Positions 26,489-35,354 of a stretch of 54,160 nt of DNA are shown here, in pieces. The translations under genes and the position numbers were made by a program. Each line of letters begins with the position of its first letter. Position 1 is the first letter of the stretch. Origin of the DNA: a virus (taxonomy: Duplodnaviria; Caudoviricetes); IMG/VR virus record IMGVR_UViG_3300032323_000448, positions 1-54,160 of that record; one strand, written 5' to 3'. The notes under the pieces are model-generated. The model was not told where the DNA came from. It was given only the letters and a program-made list of their open reading frames with translations, and did not search any database.

Positions 26489-27910
26489 TTAAACAGCGTA
26501 GGGGTTCTCGCGCTTCTTGCCGCCAGCGTCGATCACATCGTCCTCGTCGTAGTCGTCCGGGGCTGGGCCGTCAATGTCGATGAAGCCAGCATCCCGCAGG
26601 AACCGCAGGGCCTGGGTGGTCACATCCACGAAGTCATCGTGGGTCGTGTCAGGGAAGGCGCATAACTGCGAGACCAGGGGCTCGGCCCAGTCCCGCACAT
26701 ACCCAGGCCTCTGGCTGGACTCGGGAATCCAGACCCTGCCCCTGGCGAACAGGGAGGACACGATGTTCAGGCGCTGCATCTTGTCGGCCTTGCCTGGGTT
26801 GTAGGCCCGCACAGGCATATGCGCCCTCTGAAGGTCTTGGATCAGCGAGATGCCCGCGGACTTGTCCTCGATCAGGATCAGGTCCACCCGCTTTCTGTCC
26901 CGGCCCTCCCCGTAGACCACCTCGTACTCGTCTTGAACCTTGGGGCGCAGGTCAGGATACTGGAGGCGGTCCTGCCAGCAGTCCAGCAGCATGACGGACA
27001 TCGGCCCGTCCATGGGCTTGAAGACGCCCCAAGTACCCGCCGCGGTGGGGTCGTTGATGGTCTTCTCGCTCGTGGCGCAGTCGTAGGACTGGAGGATGTA
27101 CTCGAACTTGGGGAACGGCTTGTCCACCGGCCAGAGTTTGAGCATGTCCCGCTTGACGATGCCAGCCTCCTCCGGGTCGATGATCTCAGCGTAGATCTCC
27201 TGCCTCCCGAGCTTCGTCCCCTCGTACTGCAAGATCTGCTTTTGAAAGCTCGGCGCAAGGTTGGCAAGGTTGGCGTAGGTCGAGGCCGTCGTCAGGTGGA
27301 CATCGTCGCCCTCCCGCCCCACCAGATCCACGATGAGGTCTTTCGGTTTAGGCGTGGTGGTGCAGAGGATGCGGGTACGCTTACCTAGGCGAACGCCGAA
27401 CATGATCTGGTCCCAGGCGTCTTGCAGGTAGTCCCAGGCGGCCAGCTCGTCGCACCAAGCCCCGTGGAACTGCGGCCCCCGAAAGCGCTCAGGCTCCGAT
27501 GCCGGGATGCCTTTGATCAGGCTGCCGTTGATCAGCTTGAGCTCATGGTAGGCCTTGTTGTAGTCCTCGATCAGGGTCTGGGGGATGATGTTGATCAGCC
27601 CTGAGTCACCCTCAAAGCAGGTGGCCCGGACGTCAGCAGAGGTAGGAGCGGCGACGAGCCAGCGGGTGCCGGGCTCCTTCCAGGCCCACCAGCCTACCTG
27701 CTCGGCAGCGGTTCGGGTCTTACCGGCGCCGCGGCCAGCAAGAAGCAGCCAGATCGTCCACCAGTCGCCGGAGGGCAGGATCTGGTGGTCGTGGGCTGTG
27801 GCAAGCCACTTGGAGCGCCACTCGAAGGCGGCACGCTCCGCAGCAGGAAGCAGGGCGTACTGGCGGCGGGTCTTTTCATCGCGCAGCAGCTCAACCAGCG
27901 GGTCGCTCAT
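26489..27910 (-). CDS. terL: Terminase large subunit
   Basis: Walker A AGRGAGKT, Walker B WCDE, TTTPKP, nuclease SYD...IEDKSAG...HDDFVD. Confidence 0.95.
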   Translation of the reverse strand: MSDPLVELLRDEKTRRQYALLPAAERAAFEWRSKWLATAHDHQILPSGDWWTIWLLLAGRGAGKTRTAAEQVGWWAWKEPGTRWLVAAPTSADVRATCFEGDSGLINIIPQTLIEDYNKAYHELKLINGSLIKGIPASEPERFRGPQFHGAWCDELAAWDYLQDAWDQIMFGVRLGKRTRILCTTTPKPKDLIVDLVGREGDDVHLTTASTYANLANLAPSFQKQILQYEGTKLGRQEIYAEIIDPEEAGIVKRDMLKLWPVDKPFPKFEYILQSYDCATSEKTINDPTAAGTWGVFKPMDGPMSVMLLDCWQDRLQYPDLRPKVQDEYEVVYGEGRDRKRVDLILIEDKSAGISLIQDLQRAHMPVRAYNPGKADKMQRLNIVSSLFARGRVWIPESSQRPGYVRDWAEPLVSQLCAFPDTTHDDFVDVTTQALRFLRDAGFIDIDGPAPDDYDEDDVIDAGGKKRENPYAV

Positions 27911-28503
27911 TCCTTTGCCTGACGGCGGGTCTCGAGCGTGGTCAGCAGGGTATCGAACAGGCTGATGTCCACCTGCGTCTTCAAGGGGTTCTCAGCATCC
28001 CCAGCCAGTTGCACCCGGTCGCCGTACCGCTTGGGGTTCCACTTGGCCAGCAGCTTCAGCTTGATGTCAGCCCTGGCCTTAATGAGCTGCACGTACCCAG
28101 AGTCCACCCGGCCACCCCCCTCGGACAGGATGCGCTCAGGCTCCAGGCAGGTCTCGATGTAGATTTCCTCAGCGATGGCGTCCTGGCCCATTTCACGAGC
28201 ACGTGCGATGGCTACGGAAAGACCGACTCCGGCCTCCCCCAAAGCATCGTCTCTTGTCATCCAGTCGTAGATCGTCTGCCATGCTGGCATATGGTCGTCA
28301 CGACAGATTTGGCGCAGTGGCTCTCCATCTGCAAGACGCTCACAGATCTCATGAGCTAGCTCTTGGGTGTACTTAGATGGGCGTCCGGTCTTTTTGCGCG
28401 GCGCGTCCTTTGCAGACTCGGCAGCTTTGGCAATGGCCTCAGAAGCCACTTTTTCGGGCTTTTGGGGCGCTTTCTTGCGGCGGGAAGGGTTGGTATCGGC
28501 CAT
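27907..28503 (-). CDS. terS: Terminase small subunit
   Basis: GRPSKYT...ICERLADGEPLRQICRDDHMP HTH, LAKWNPKRYGD; overlaps the terL start. Confidence 0.9.
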   Translation of the reverse strand: MADTNPSRRKKAPQKPEKVASEAIAKAAESAKDAPRKKTGRPSKYTQELAHEICERLADGEPLRQICRDDHMPAWQTIYDWMTRDDALGEAGVGLSVAIARAREMGQDAIAEEIYIETCLEPERILSEGGGRVDSGYVQLIKARADIKLKLLAKWNPKRYGDRVQLAGDAENPLKTQVDISLFDTLLTTLETRRQAKE

Positions 28504-28564
28504 GGGTCAAACGGCTCCTTTACGGGGAGTTTATAGCGTTTGCCCTGTCCCTTGCAAAGTTTAG

Positions 28565-28798
28565 TTAAAAGTCGCAGTGAAAGTTCTTCTTCCGGCCCTC
28601 GCGTTTGGCCTGTCGCTGTAGCTCCTTGGCTAGAACCTCGCGGCCCTGCTGGGTGACCACGCTGCCAGCATCCACCAGCCCCCGGCGGCGCAGTGACCAG
28701 TACGTTGTCCAACTTCCCGGCTTGTCGTTAGCCAGCTTGAACCTCCAGCCCATTGCAAAGTGCCGGAGCATGAAAAACTGATGCGGCGACAGGCTCAT
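28565..28798 (-). CDS. Hypothetical winged-helix-like protein
   Basis: TYWSLRRRGLV...VTQQGR. Confidence 0.55.
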   Translation of the reverse strand: MSLSPHQFFMLRHFAMGWRFKLANDKPGSWTTYWSLRRRGLVDAGSVVTQQGREVLAKELQRQAKREGRKKNFHCDF

Positions 28799-28953
28799 TG
28801 TTTATTGGGCTTTCCGTTAGCCAGTTGCTTGGCATAGGCCCTCACCAGGGGGACGCTGGCCTGGGGCACCCATACCTCCAGCCGTACCAGCCCCAGCTTC
28901 TTTCGGCGCTCCCGTAGGGCTTGCTGGCGCTCTTTGAGTGTCTTGTCTGTCAT
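28795..28953 (-). CDS. Small RHH/DUF3018-like DNA-binding protein (52 aa, not in ORF track)
   Basis: MTDKTLKERQQALRERRKKLGLVRLEVWVPQ. Confidence 0.6.
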   Translation of the reverse strand: MTDKTLKERQQALRERRKKLGLVRLEVWVPQASVPLVRAYAKQLANGKPNKQ

Positions 28954-28957
28954 GGTG

Positions 28958-29659
28958 TTAAATTTTAGCTGGATGTTGGATCTTGTAGTCGTGAAAGACG
29001 GCGCCCTTGGTTTTGTCCCCTACTTCGCAGTTGGTGACCCAGACCTTCTTGCCGGACTTCTTCATCGTCCTCCAGTGCCCGCGGCGTTCATGCCACCTAG
29101 GGCTGGCGTGCGTACCCCCCAGGTCTGGGCCTCGAGGCTTTGCTGGCGCAATGGTGATGGTCGTCCAGTCGTAGGTCGGCACCTTCCCCTGGCGGAGCTT
29201 CTTCTCCCAGTTGGCCCGCTTGACCGGCAAGTACCCGGTGACAGGGGTGGTCTCCAGGGACTCGAGAAAAGCCGCCACGAAGGCCAGGACGCCCGTGGCG
29301 TAGCTGGTGCGGTAGTCAAAGGGCGTGCCGTCCTTGTGTTTGACCTTGATCCCCTCGTTGTCCACCACAAAGAAGAACCCCGGAATCATCACCTGCTGGC
29401 TTGTTTTGGCGTTAAGAGCATCGTTGTCCCATTGAAGTCCAGCCACACCGGTAATCTCGCCCACGCGGGAGATAAACAAAAGCGCCCTTTTGCCCTCGTA
29501 GGCGCATACCAGTGCCGTCTGGGGGAATGGCAGATCCCTAGAAAGCACCTCCGCGCTGATAGCCTGCTCGCGCTTGTAGGCTGCGCTCATGTCGAACCAG
29601 TGGTGGTCAACCGCACGCTCGGGATTCATGGCAACCATCTCTTGGATGAGGGGGGTCAC
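28958..29659 (-). CDS. Conserved phage hypothetical protein
   Basis: C-terminal HASPRWHERRGHWR motif. Confidence 0.7.
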   Translation of the reverse strand: MTPLIQEMVAMNPERAVDHHWFDMSAAYKREQAISAEVLSRDLPFPQTALVCAYEGKRALLFISRVGEITGVAGLQWDNDALNAKTSQQVMIPGFFFVVDNEGIKVKHKDGTPFDYRTSYATGVLAFVAAFLESLETTPVTGYLPVKRANWEKKLRQGKVPTYDWTTITIAPAKPRGPDLGGTHASPRWHERRGHWRTMKKSGKKVWVTNCEVGDKTKGAVFHDYKIQHPAKI

Positions 29660-29913
29660 AACATGCGCTCCTGATGCTTATCCATGTAGTCCTTCTTGAG
29701 CCACTCAATCCCGCCAGCAAACTCGTAGACGTTGTGATGGGGGGAGAAGCACGACATCCGGGTGCCGTCAGCGGCAAACCCCATGCCGACAAAGCTGCGA
29801 AGGTTCCCGCTCTTGGCGTCCTCCAGCACCGCCTCGAGCATCTTGACCAGCCCCTCAATGGGCTCCTGCTCGTGGAAGGGGACTTGCCCTGGGAGGGTTT
29901 TGATGTTGCTCAT
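29656..29913 (-). CDS. Hypothetical protein
   Basis: MSNIKTLPG start, coupled. Confidence 0.6.
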   Translation of the reverse strand: MSNIKTLPGQVPFHEQEPIEGLVKMLEAVLEDAKSGNLRSFVGMGFAADGTRMSCFSPHHNVYEFAGGIEWLKKDYMDKHQERML

Positions 29914-30242
29914 TTTTGCCCCCTTGTGCGGATGGCGGCGGCGCACCAAGTCGCCAAAACGTCCTCGTCATCGTACTCAGCGTCGATGTCCTCGCACACT
30001 TTTGCGCACGCCTCTCGTTCGGACTCGCGCACCTGCCACTCCAGCTCAACCAGCAAGTCCTCTATCGTCTCGCCGTGACCGGTGGTGTAGCCGGAGCCAA
30101 TCTGCCAACGGGCTACTTTCTCGCGCTCGGCTGCCTCCACCAAAGCAGCGAAGCGCTCGAGTTCCTGAACTGTTCGTTCAAACCCATCAGGCCTCCAGCC
30201 GTTGGCCTTCTCGTACAAGCGAAGTATGTCGTCTCGGTTCAT
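29910..30242 (-). CDS. Hypothetical protein (EREACAK family)
   Basis: MNRDDIL...ERFAAL...EREACAKVCE...AAAIR. Confidence 0.65.
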   Translation of the reverse strand: MNRDDILRLYEKANGWRPDGFERTVQELERFAALVEAAEREKVARWQIGSGYTTGHGETIEDLLVELEWQVRESEREACAKVCEDIDAEYDDEDVLATWCAAAIRTRGQK

Positions 30243-30243
30243 C

Positions 30244-30507
30244 TCAGGCCTCCGGGTTGAACTCGACATCGACCAGCATGCCAGCCCCACGCAGGGCGCG
30301 AACCACCTTTGCGGGCAGGTATTCGCTGGTGCCGTCGTAGTCCGTCAGAGCCAACTGGCCGCCAGTCTCGACGAACCAAAGGCCGCCGCCCTCGACGCCG
30401 TTCTTGTGCTCCCAGTAGCCGTACTTGGCCGCGGGGTCCACCCCGACAACGCCCAGATCGGGGCCGTCACCGTAGGGCTTGAGGTTGATGGTGTAGTTGT
30501 AGGACAT
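30244..30507 (-). CDS. Hypothetical protein
   Basis: 87 aa with AGGAG RBS. Confidence 0.65.
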   Translation of the reverse strand: MSYNYTINLKPYGDGPDLGVVGVDPAAKYGYWEHKNGVEGGGLWFVETGGQLALTDYDGTSEYLPAKVVRALRGAGMLVDVEFNPEA

Positions 30508-30533
30508 GGTGGTTCTCCTGTTGAAAAATCGGT

Positions 30534-31142
30534 TTAGGCCTTGGGGCGGGTGATCACGGTCTGCTTGACTTCATTGCGAACGCCGTGCTCTGCGACGGTG
30601 GCAGTGACGGTGAAGGTGTCACCCTCAGAGCGGTAAGAGCCATCCTCACGATTCACGAAGGCGCGGGCGTTGCCCTTGTAGATCACCACGTTCTTGTCGG
30701 CATCCTCGCAGATGTGCAGATACTGCTCACCAAATTGGCTGCTCCACGAAATCACTTTTTTGAGGGTGATGGTGACGGTCAGCTTCTCGCCCACGGCGCC
30801 CAGGTGCTGGAGGTTGGCGTTCAGGGCGGCCTGCTTGTCAGCCCACTCGGCCTTGCGGGCGGCGCGAGCGGCGATGCCCTTGCGGATCGCGGCCACTTGG
30901 TTGGGGGTGAGCTTGCCGAAGGTGTCGTAGGCCCGAGCCATGGAGCCCATGAAGTCCTCTTTGTAGGACTTGAGGCTGCCGTAGTCGTCATACACGCGAC
31001 CCGCATCAATGGCGCCCAGGAGGGTCTCGGCATCCTCGTGGGTGCGGCGAAAGGTCTTCTGGGCGTTGGCGATGATGTTGCGCTTGGCCGCGGCGTAGTA
31101 AGCGTTTTCGTTCTCGATAACGGGGCCGTAGATTGCTGCCAT
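30534..31142 (-). CDS. Hypothetical protein with C-terminal OB-fold-like domain
   Basis: HLGAVGEK...TATVAEH..KQTVITRPK; AGGAG RBS. Confidence 0.7.
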   Translation of the reverse strand: MAAIYGPVIENENAYYAAAKRNIIANAQKTFRRTHEDAETLLGAIDAGRVYDDYGSLKSYKEDFMGSMARAYDTFGKLTPNQVAAIRKGIAARAARKAEWADKQAALNANLQHLGAVGEKLTVTITLKKVISWSSQFGEQYLHICEDADKNVVIYKGNARAFVNREDGSYRSEGDTFTVTATVAEHGVRNEVKQTVITRPKA

Positions 31143-31169
31143 TTGTGTGCTCCTGCTGTTGATGGCTCT

Positions 31170-31197
31170 ATTCTGGCATCGTTACCGGTAACGTCAA
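31170..31197 (-). promoter_or_regulatory. Promoter with 14-bp palindromic operator
   Basis: TTGACG-N16-CAGAAT overlapping the perfect palindrome CGTTACCGGTAACG (31180-31193). Confidence 0.55.
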
Positions 31198-31234
31198 CAA
31201 AAAGATATTAATAGCCAGCCGCAGGCCGATAGGC

Positions 31235-31432
31235 TCAATCTATAGGGCGTTTGAGGCGGTCCCAGTGGACAGCCAACACCACTCGGTTGGTGATTCCGGT
31301 GCGCTCCCTGATCCTGAACAGGATCTTCTCCAGGGCGCGGATGTCGATGTTGATAGCTCGAGAGATCGCCTTGTTGCAGCCGTGCTCGCACAGGGCGTCC
31401 AGCACCTGGGCCTGTCTCTTTGTGACCTTCAT
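31235..31432 (-). CDS. LuxR/GerE-type HTH regulator
   Basis: VTKRQAQVL..LC.HGCNKAISR.INI...I.ERTGITNR..LA. Confidence 0.7.
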   Translation of the reverse strand: MKVTKRQAQVLDALCEHGCNKAISRAINIDIRALEKILFRIRERTGITNRVVLAVHWDRLKRPID

Positions 31433-31662
31433 TATTTTGCTCGGGTGTAAACAGTGAACTGTCTCACATTCAAAATGCGCTCGGGGTGACTCTTGGTTGA
31501 GAGCCCGGCTACATGGCTGATGTCATTGCCCTTCTCACGCTCACGATCCACCACAGCGCTTTGGTTGATGGATAGCCTAGCTCCGTTGTCAGTGGCAAAG
31601 ATGGATGGCCGCGGGTTCTCCCGCCAGCGAAAAGGGCTATCAATGGGGCAGTTGCATTTCAT
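31432..31662 (-). CDS. Hypothetical protein
   Basis: MKCNCP start after GGAG. Confidence 0.55.
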   Translation of the reverse strand: MKCNCPIDSPFRWRENPRPSIFATDNGARLSINQSAVVDREREKGNDISHVAGLSTKSHPERILNVRQFTVYTRAK

Positions 31663-31844
31663 GTGTTCTCCATAAAGGCAGCCAGCACAGGCAGCGGCGC
31701 GACTGTCCAAAGTTGCTTGTCCTTGCTCTGCCACAAACAAAACAGTCCGTGCTGATCCTTGTTTTTCAGTTTCTGTCGGTGCTCTTCAGCTTCTTGCCAT
31801 GTATCAAATGAAGCGGTGCATGAGACAGTTTCTGGTTTAGTCAT
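31659..31844 (-). CDS. Hypothetical protein
   Basis: Coupled small ORF. Confidence 0.5.
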   Translation of the reverse strand: MTKPETVSCTASFDTWQEAEEHRQKLKNKDQHGLFCLWQSKDKQLWTVAPLPVLAAFMENT

Positions 31845-32001
31845 CGTCGTCCTCCTCAATGTGGTTCACGATGATCTGTTGCTTCACCAGCTCCAGGCAA
31901 CCGATCACGGTCGCCACGACCATCGTCTCGTCATACCGCCGAATAACTTCCATCAGCTCTTCGGTCAGGCTATCGGCTAAGTCTCCAACGTACCGGGTCA
32001 T
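31837..32001 (-). CDS. Hypothetical protein
   Basis: ATVIGCLELVK; GAGGAG RBS. Confidence 0.55.
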   Translation of the reverse strand: MTRYVGDLADSLTEELMEVIRRYDETMVVATVIGCLELVKQQIIVNHIEEDDDD

Positions 32002-32342
32002 GTCTTCTCTCCTCTTGCGCGGATGGCGGCGGCAGCCAGCTTGGGCGTGAATCCACAAACCATGCAGCCACCCTTATCGTTTTTAACGAATTCAGCCAGC
32101 GGCGGGGCATCCTCCACCATTTGAGCTATCGCCTCGCGCTCGGCCTCCACCGCCCGCCGCGTCTGCACACAGGCGAAGCGCTCGCAGTTGGCGTGGCAGG
32201 AATGAATGTCGGTCGATAGCAGGTAGTCGCGGTGGAGGGCGGCGAAGCGGCGCAGGAAGTCCACATCCTTTTCTGGTGTATCCGACAGCTCAGGGAAAGC
32301 CCCAGCCTCCCGCGCCATGCTGAGAATTTCGTCGCGTGTCAC
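31998..32342 (-). CDS. Hypothetical protein (EREA family)
   Basis: MTRDEIL.MAREAG...RFAAL...AEREAIA...AAAIRARG. Confidence 0.65.
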   Translation of the reverse strand: MTRDEILSMAREAGAFPELSDTPEKDVDFLRRFAALHRDYLLSTDIHSCHANCERFACVQTRRAVEAEREAIAQMVEDAPPLAEFVKNDKGGCMVCGFTPKLAAAAIRARGEKT

Positions 32343-32536
32343 TTTCTTTTCCTCAGCTTGTACTCTTGCCGGGCCTGCCAGATCAGGGCCTTGTGATCTT
32401 CATCCGTGTCGTAGCGTGCCCAGCGCCAAAGGGACGCGGCTTCTCGGACTACCTGGGTGGGCGCATCACGCCACACGAACCAGCGGCCATTAAGCAGCCT
32501 CCATGTGGCACGGATTGCATAGAACCAGTACCTCAT
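32339..32536 (-). CDS. Hypothetical protein
   Basis: Coupled 65-aa ORF. Confidence 0.5.
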   Translation of the reverse strand: MRYWFYAIRATWRLLNGRWFVWRDAPTQVVREAASLWRWARYDTDEDHKALIWQARQEYKLRKRK

Positions 32537-32808
32537 GCTTTTCCCTTCGCTGCGGCGATGGCGGCGAGGTTGGACGCGACGTTCCCCATCCGTTTGGAAT
32601 ACTCTTCCAAATTTCCCAACGCCTCCAGCAGTTGCGCGTTGACACGGTGCATGCGCTCCACTTCCAGTTGTTCTTTTCTGAGTTGCTGGATGTGGTCTTC
32701 ATTCTCCGCGTGCAGGCGGCGCAGTTCGTCGGCAGCGGCTCGGCGCGGCGGGTATTCTTTTTCTTCCAGCGCATCAGCCAGCCGCAGGGCGTCGGGTTGC
32801 TCAGTCAT
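32533..32808 (-). CDS. Hypothetical protein
   Basis: QPDALRLADAL...AADELRRLH pattern. Confidence 0.6.
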   Translation of the reverse strand: MTEQPDALRLADALEEKEYPPRRAAADELRRLHAENEDHIQQLRKEQLEVERMHRVNAQLLEALGNLEEYSKRMGNVASNLAAIAAAKGKA

Positions 32809-32881
32809 AAAGCACCCCCAGCAGATAGCCCAGCACAAACGCCACCATTGGGTGGCATAGAAAAGCGATTAGTCGGTTCAT
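32801..32881 (-). CDS. 26-aa membrane peptide (not in ORF track)
   Basis: MNRLIAFLCHPMVAFVLGYLLGVLYD fills the gap, overlapping both neighbours. Confidence 0.45.
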   Translation of the reverse strand: MNRLIAFLCHPMVAFVLGYLLGVLYD

Positions 32882-33390
32882 TCCCCACCCCCGATCCCGT
32901 GGTCGTTAGAAAAGATGCGGGGCTTGGGCAAGTCGCACAACCATTGCTTGGGCGCATCCTTGAACTTCGGCTCGCGCTGCTCAAGCAGAGACACGGCAAA
33001 CTCCAGCCCGTTGTACAGCCCATGCATGTACGGGTCGTAGTTCCAGTTTCCGTCCGCTCCCTGAACATCGCGCATCTCACGCACCGAGTCCGTCAGCGGC
33101 TGGCACTGGGGCGGGGCGGCGCTCTTGCAGACCTTGCCTAGCTGGCAGCGCACGTTCCAGCAGCCTCGCGGGTCTTTATCGCACCCCGGCTCCTGCCGCT
33201 CGGCCTGCTCGCCCTTCATCTCTTCGCTGGCCGCAGCAAAGGCTTCCTCTGCGCGTTTAACTCGCTCGGCCTGCTCAATGGCGAGGCGTAGGGCGTCTAT
33301 GACCGAATCAATGTGACCAACAGGAACCCCCGTCGCGTCAATGTCATACAGCGCATCAAGCGCCTGACGCATAACCTCAATCTGGTTCAT
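32878..33390 (-). CDS. Hypothetical mosaic protein
   Basis: MRQALDAL...; DGNWNYDPYMHGLYNGLE module. Confidence 0.65.
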   Translation of the reverse strand: MNQIEVMRQALDALYDIDATGVPVGHIDSVIDALRLAIEQAERVKRAEEAFAAASEEMKGEQAERQEPGCDKDPRGCWNVRCQLGKVCKSAAPPQCQPLTDSVREMRDVQGADGNWNYDPYMHGLYNGLEFAVSLLEQREPKFKDAPKQWLCDLPKPRIFSNDHGIGGGE

Positions 33391-33863
33391 ATCGTGCATC
33401 CTTCATGGTGCTTACGCTTGGCCTCGACATAAGCGAGGTGCGCGAGTTCTGGCGTTTGATGAGTTCCAAGGTTGACCTTCTTGCCGTCAACGCGAATCTC
33501 AGCTCGCCAGCCCGTCCCGTTTTTGCTCACTCCTAGGAAACCAGTTGCGCTGTCTGAACGTGCGCGACGTTGGTTTTGCATGTTTAGGCTGCGATTTGCC
33601 AAGCGCAGGTTGCAAATTCTGTTATCCGATGGGTTGCCATTAATGTGGTCTATGTGTTGCTCCGGCAAGTCGCCATACACAAAAGCCCATGCAAGTCGAT
33701 GCGCTTTGTGCATCTTGCCTTGGACTTTGATGCACACATATCCAAGTCTGTCTTTGGCATTGGCAAGTTTGCCTGCCACCTTATGCGGAGCGTCAGCAGT
33801 CCACCGAAATTCGCCGGACTCTTGGTCGTACCGCAAAACTCGTTTGATTGCGTCCAGGCTCAT
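33387..33863 (-). CDS. HNH homing endonuclease with AP2-like domain
   Basis: AHRLAW, IDHINGNPSDNRICNLR, SATGFLGVS, W.AEI...NLG. Confidence 0.9.
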   Translation of the reverse strand: MSLDAIKRVLRYDQESGEFRWTADAPHKVAGKLANAKDRLGYVCIKVQGKMHKAHRLAWAFVYGDLPEQHIDHINGNPSDNRICNLRLANRSLNMQNQRRARSDSATGFLGVSKNGTGWRAEIRVDGKKVNLGTHQTPELAHLAYVEAKRKHHEGCTI

Positions 33864-34192
33864 AGCTGTCTCCCCGCAGGTTTGTCGCAGGGCCACACGC
33901 TCTTGAGCACATGCGAGACGATCTGGTTAGCAGGTAGGTGCCTGATCGCTGGCGTGTTCTCTAGGTAGTTCTTGACCATGTCTCGAATCTGCCCCGCGGT
34001 GATATTGTCTGGCGGGCAGTGCGTGATGCCCAGCAAAGCATCGGTTACCCCCGTGATGTAGCCCATCCCGATGGCCGGGAGGACTTGAGTGCCGCTGTTG
34101 TTGTTCAACTCGGACAGTAGCTTGTTGCCATCTTTGAAGTAGGCGTGAGCAGAGCCCGCCACAAGTGCAAGGCACAGGATGATGTATTTCAT
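33860..34192 (-). CDS. Rap1a-like (T6SS amidase immunity family) exported protein
   Basis: Signal peptide (SAHA); GNKLL..L...GYITGVTD...CPP..T..Q....V..YL...P..RH.PA......L...WPC. Confidence 0.75.
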   Translation of the reverse strand: MKYIILCLALVAGSAHAYFKDGNKLLSELNNNSGTQVLPAIGMGYITGVTDALLGITHCPPDNITAGQIRDMVKNYLENTPAIRHLPANQIVSHVLKSVWPCDKPAGRQL

Positions 34193-34293
34193 GGCTCTCC
34201 CACAATCTCATAGATCACAAGGCCCACCGTCGTAACGATGAGCCAGAACTTCATGTTGAAGATGAAGTCAGCCCACTTCTCGTCTTCGTTCAT
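34189..34293 (-). CDS. 34-aa membrane peptide
   Basis: MNEDEKWADFIFNMKFWLIVTTVGLVIYEIVGEP, ATGA-coupled on both sides. Confidence 0.5.
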   Translation of the reverse strand: MNEDEKWADFIFNMKFWLIVTTVGLVIYEIVGEP

Positions 34294-34490
34294 AGCATCT
34301 CCACAGTGATGCGATACGCCTTGCCGTACCGGTCTTGCACATCAATCGTCTGTCGACCCGTCATCTCGCCATCTTCTCGCTCCAACTTGGCGCGGGAGAC
34401 GCTGGACAAGATCTTCTCGTGATCAATTGCCTTGAGGTCGCCAACGATGAGGTTGGCGATGTAGTTGGCGTAGCCCAGCAGCTCAAACAT
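34290..34490 (-). CDS. Hypothetical protein
   Basis: MFELLG...DRYGKAYRITVE. Confidence 0.55.
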   Translation of the reverse strand: MFELLGYANYIANLIVGDLKAIDHEKILSSVSRAKLEREDGEMTGRQTIDVQDRYGKAYRITVEML

Positions 34491-34668
34491 TGCTGGTCTC
34501 AACCAATTTGGCAAGCTCGTCAATGAGCATCTGAGCCTGCTCTTTATTCAACGTCACATGGGAGCTGCCACTTTGATGCTGGATCGACAGCCAGATGATG
34601 TTCTTGTGGAACTCAGATACGTAAACAATGTTGTTGGAGTTGGTGGTGGGAATGGATGCGTATTCCAT
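34483..34668 (-). CDS. Hypothetical protein
   Basis: GAGGAG RBS, 61 aa. Confidence 0.55.
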   Translation of the reverse strand: MEYASIPTTNSNNIVYVSEFHKNIIWLSIQHQSGSSHVTLNKEQAQMLIDELAKLVETSNV

Positions 34669-34677
34669 GATGACTCC

Positions 34678-34965
34678 TCAGCGGGCGGTGGTCTTGACAG
34701 AGAAGGAAGCAGAGACCTTGGTGTACTTGGCGTACTCAGCCTCGCCAAAAGCCTTCACGAACTTTTCTTTGTCGAACAGAGTGCGGTTGGACTCGCTGTA
34801 GGTAGCCTTGAACAGGTTGCCTTCGATCACCTTAGGACCGCCCTTGCTGGCAGAGTCCTTGATGTCGTTCTTGATCTTCTCAGCCTTGACGGTCAGATCA
34901 GCGATCTGGGCGAGCAGCAGACCCAGCTCGTCAACTTGGGTCAGGGCGATGTCGTTTGCGTTCAT
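34678..34965 (-). CDS. Hypothetical protein
   Basis: VDELGLLLAQIADL...IEGNLFKAT; GGAG RBS. Confidence 0.7.
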   Translation of the reverse strand: MNANDIALTQVDELGLLLAQIADLTVKAEKIKNDIKDSASKGGPKVIEGNLFKATYSESNRTLFDKEKFVKAFGEAEYAKYTKVSASFSVKTTAR

Positions 34966-35005
34966 GAGAATTCTCCGTATCGGTCCTGCGGATTGCAGTG
35001 AGGGA

Positions 35006-35035
35006 ATTCTAACGCTAAGTTAAAGAACAATGCAA
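35006..35035 (-). promoter_or_regulatory. Leftward promoter with TAAC-N5-GTTA operator
   Basis: TTGCAT-N18-TAGAAT; inverted repeat at 35010-35022. Confidence 0.5.
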
Positions 35036-35060
35036 TAACCCTACAAAAATGTGGGGTCTT

Positions 35061-35354
35061 TTACGATGTTTCGCCTTTTAGCAACGCCTTGGTGTCCTCC
35101 AGCAGGTCGGCCTCAGTAAAGCCCCAGTGCTTGGGGAAGCCCTTGGTTCCCAGGCCGTGAACGCCTGTCTTGCCCCGGTGGTGCTCCGGGCACAGGGGGA
35201 TGACATCCCAGTGGCTCGAGCGCCTAGCCCCCCCTACCCCAGCCCTGGGGTGATGCAGCTCCGCGGGGGTGCCTGGATACCCCATACGCCGGCAGACGGC
35301 ACAGCCCAGCTCCGCCACCGCGTTCATGTGTTTGCGCTCTGCAATGGTGGTCAC
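35061..35354 (-). CDS. Ref-like (recombination enhancement) HNH nuclease
   Basis: LGCAVC...AELHH.R.G.G..RSSH..VIPLCPEHH. Confidence 0.75.
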   Translation of the reverse strand: MTTIAERKHMNAVAELGCAVCRRMGYPGTPAELHHPRAGVGGARRSSHWDVIPLCPEHHRGKTGVHGLGTKGFPKHWGFTEADLLEDTKALLKGETS

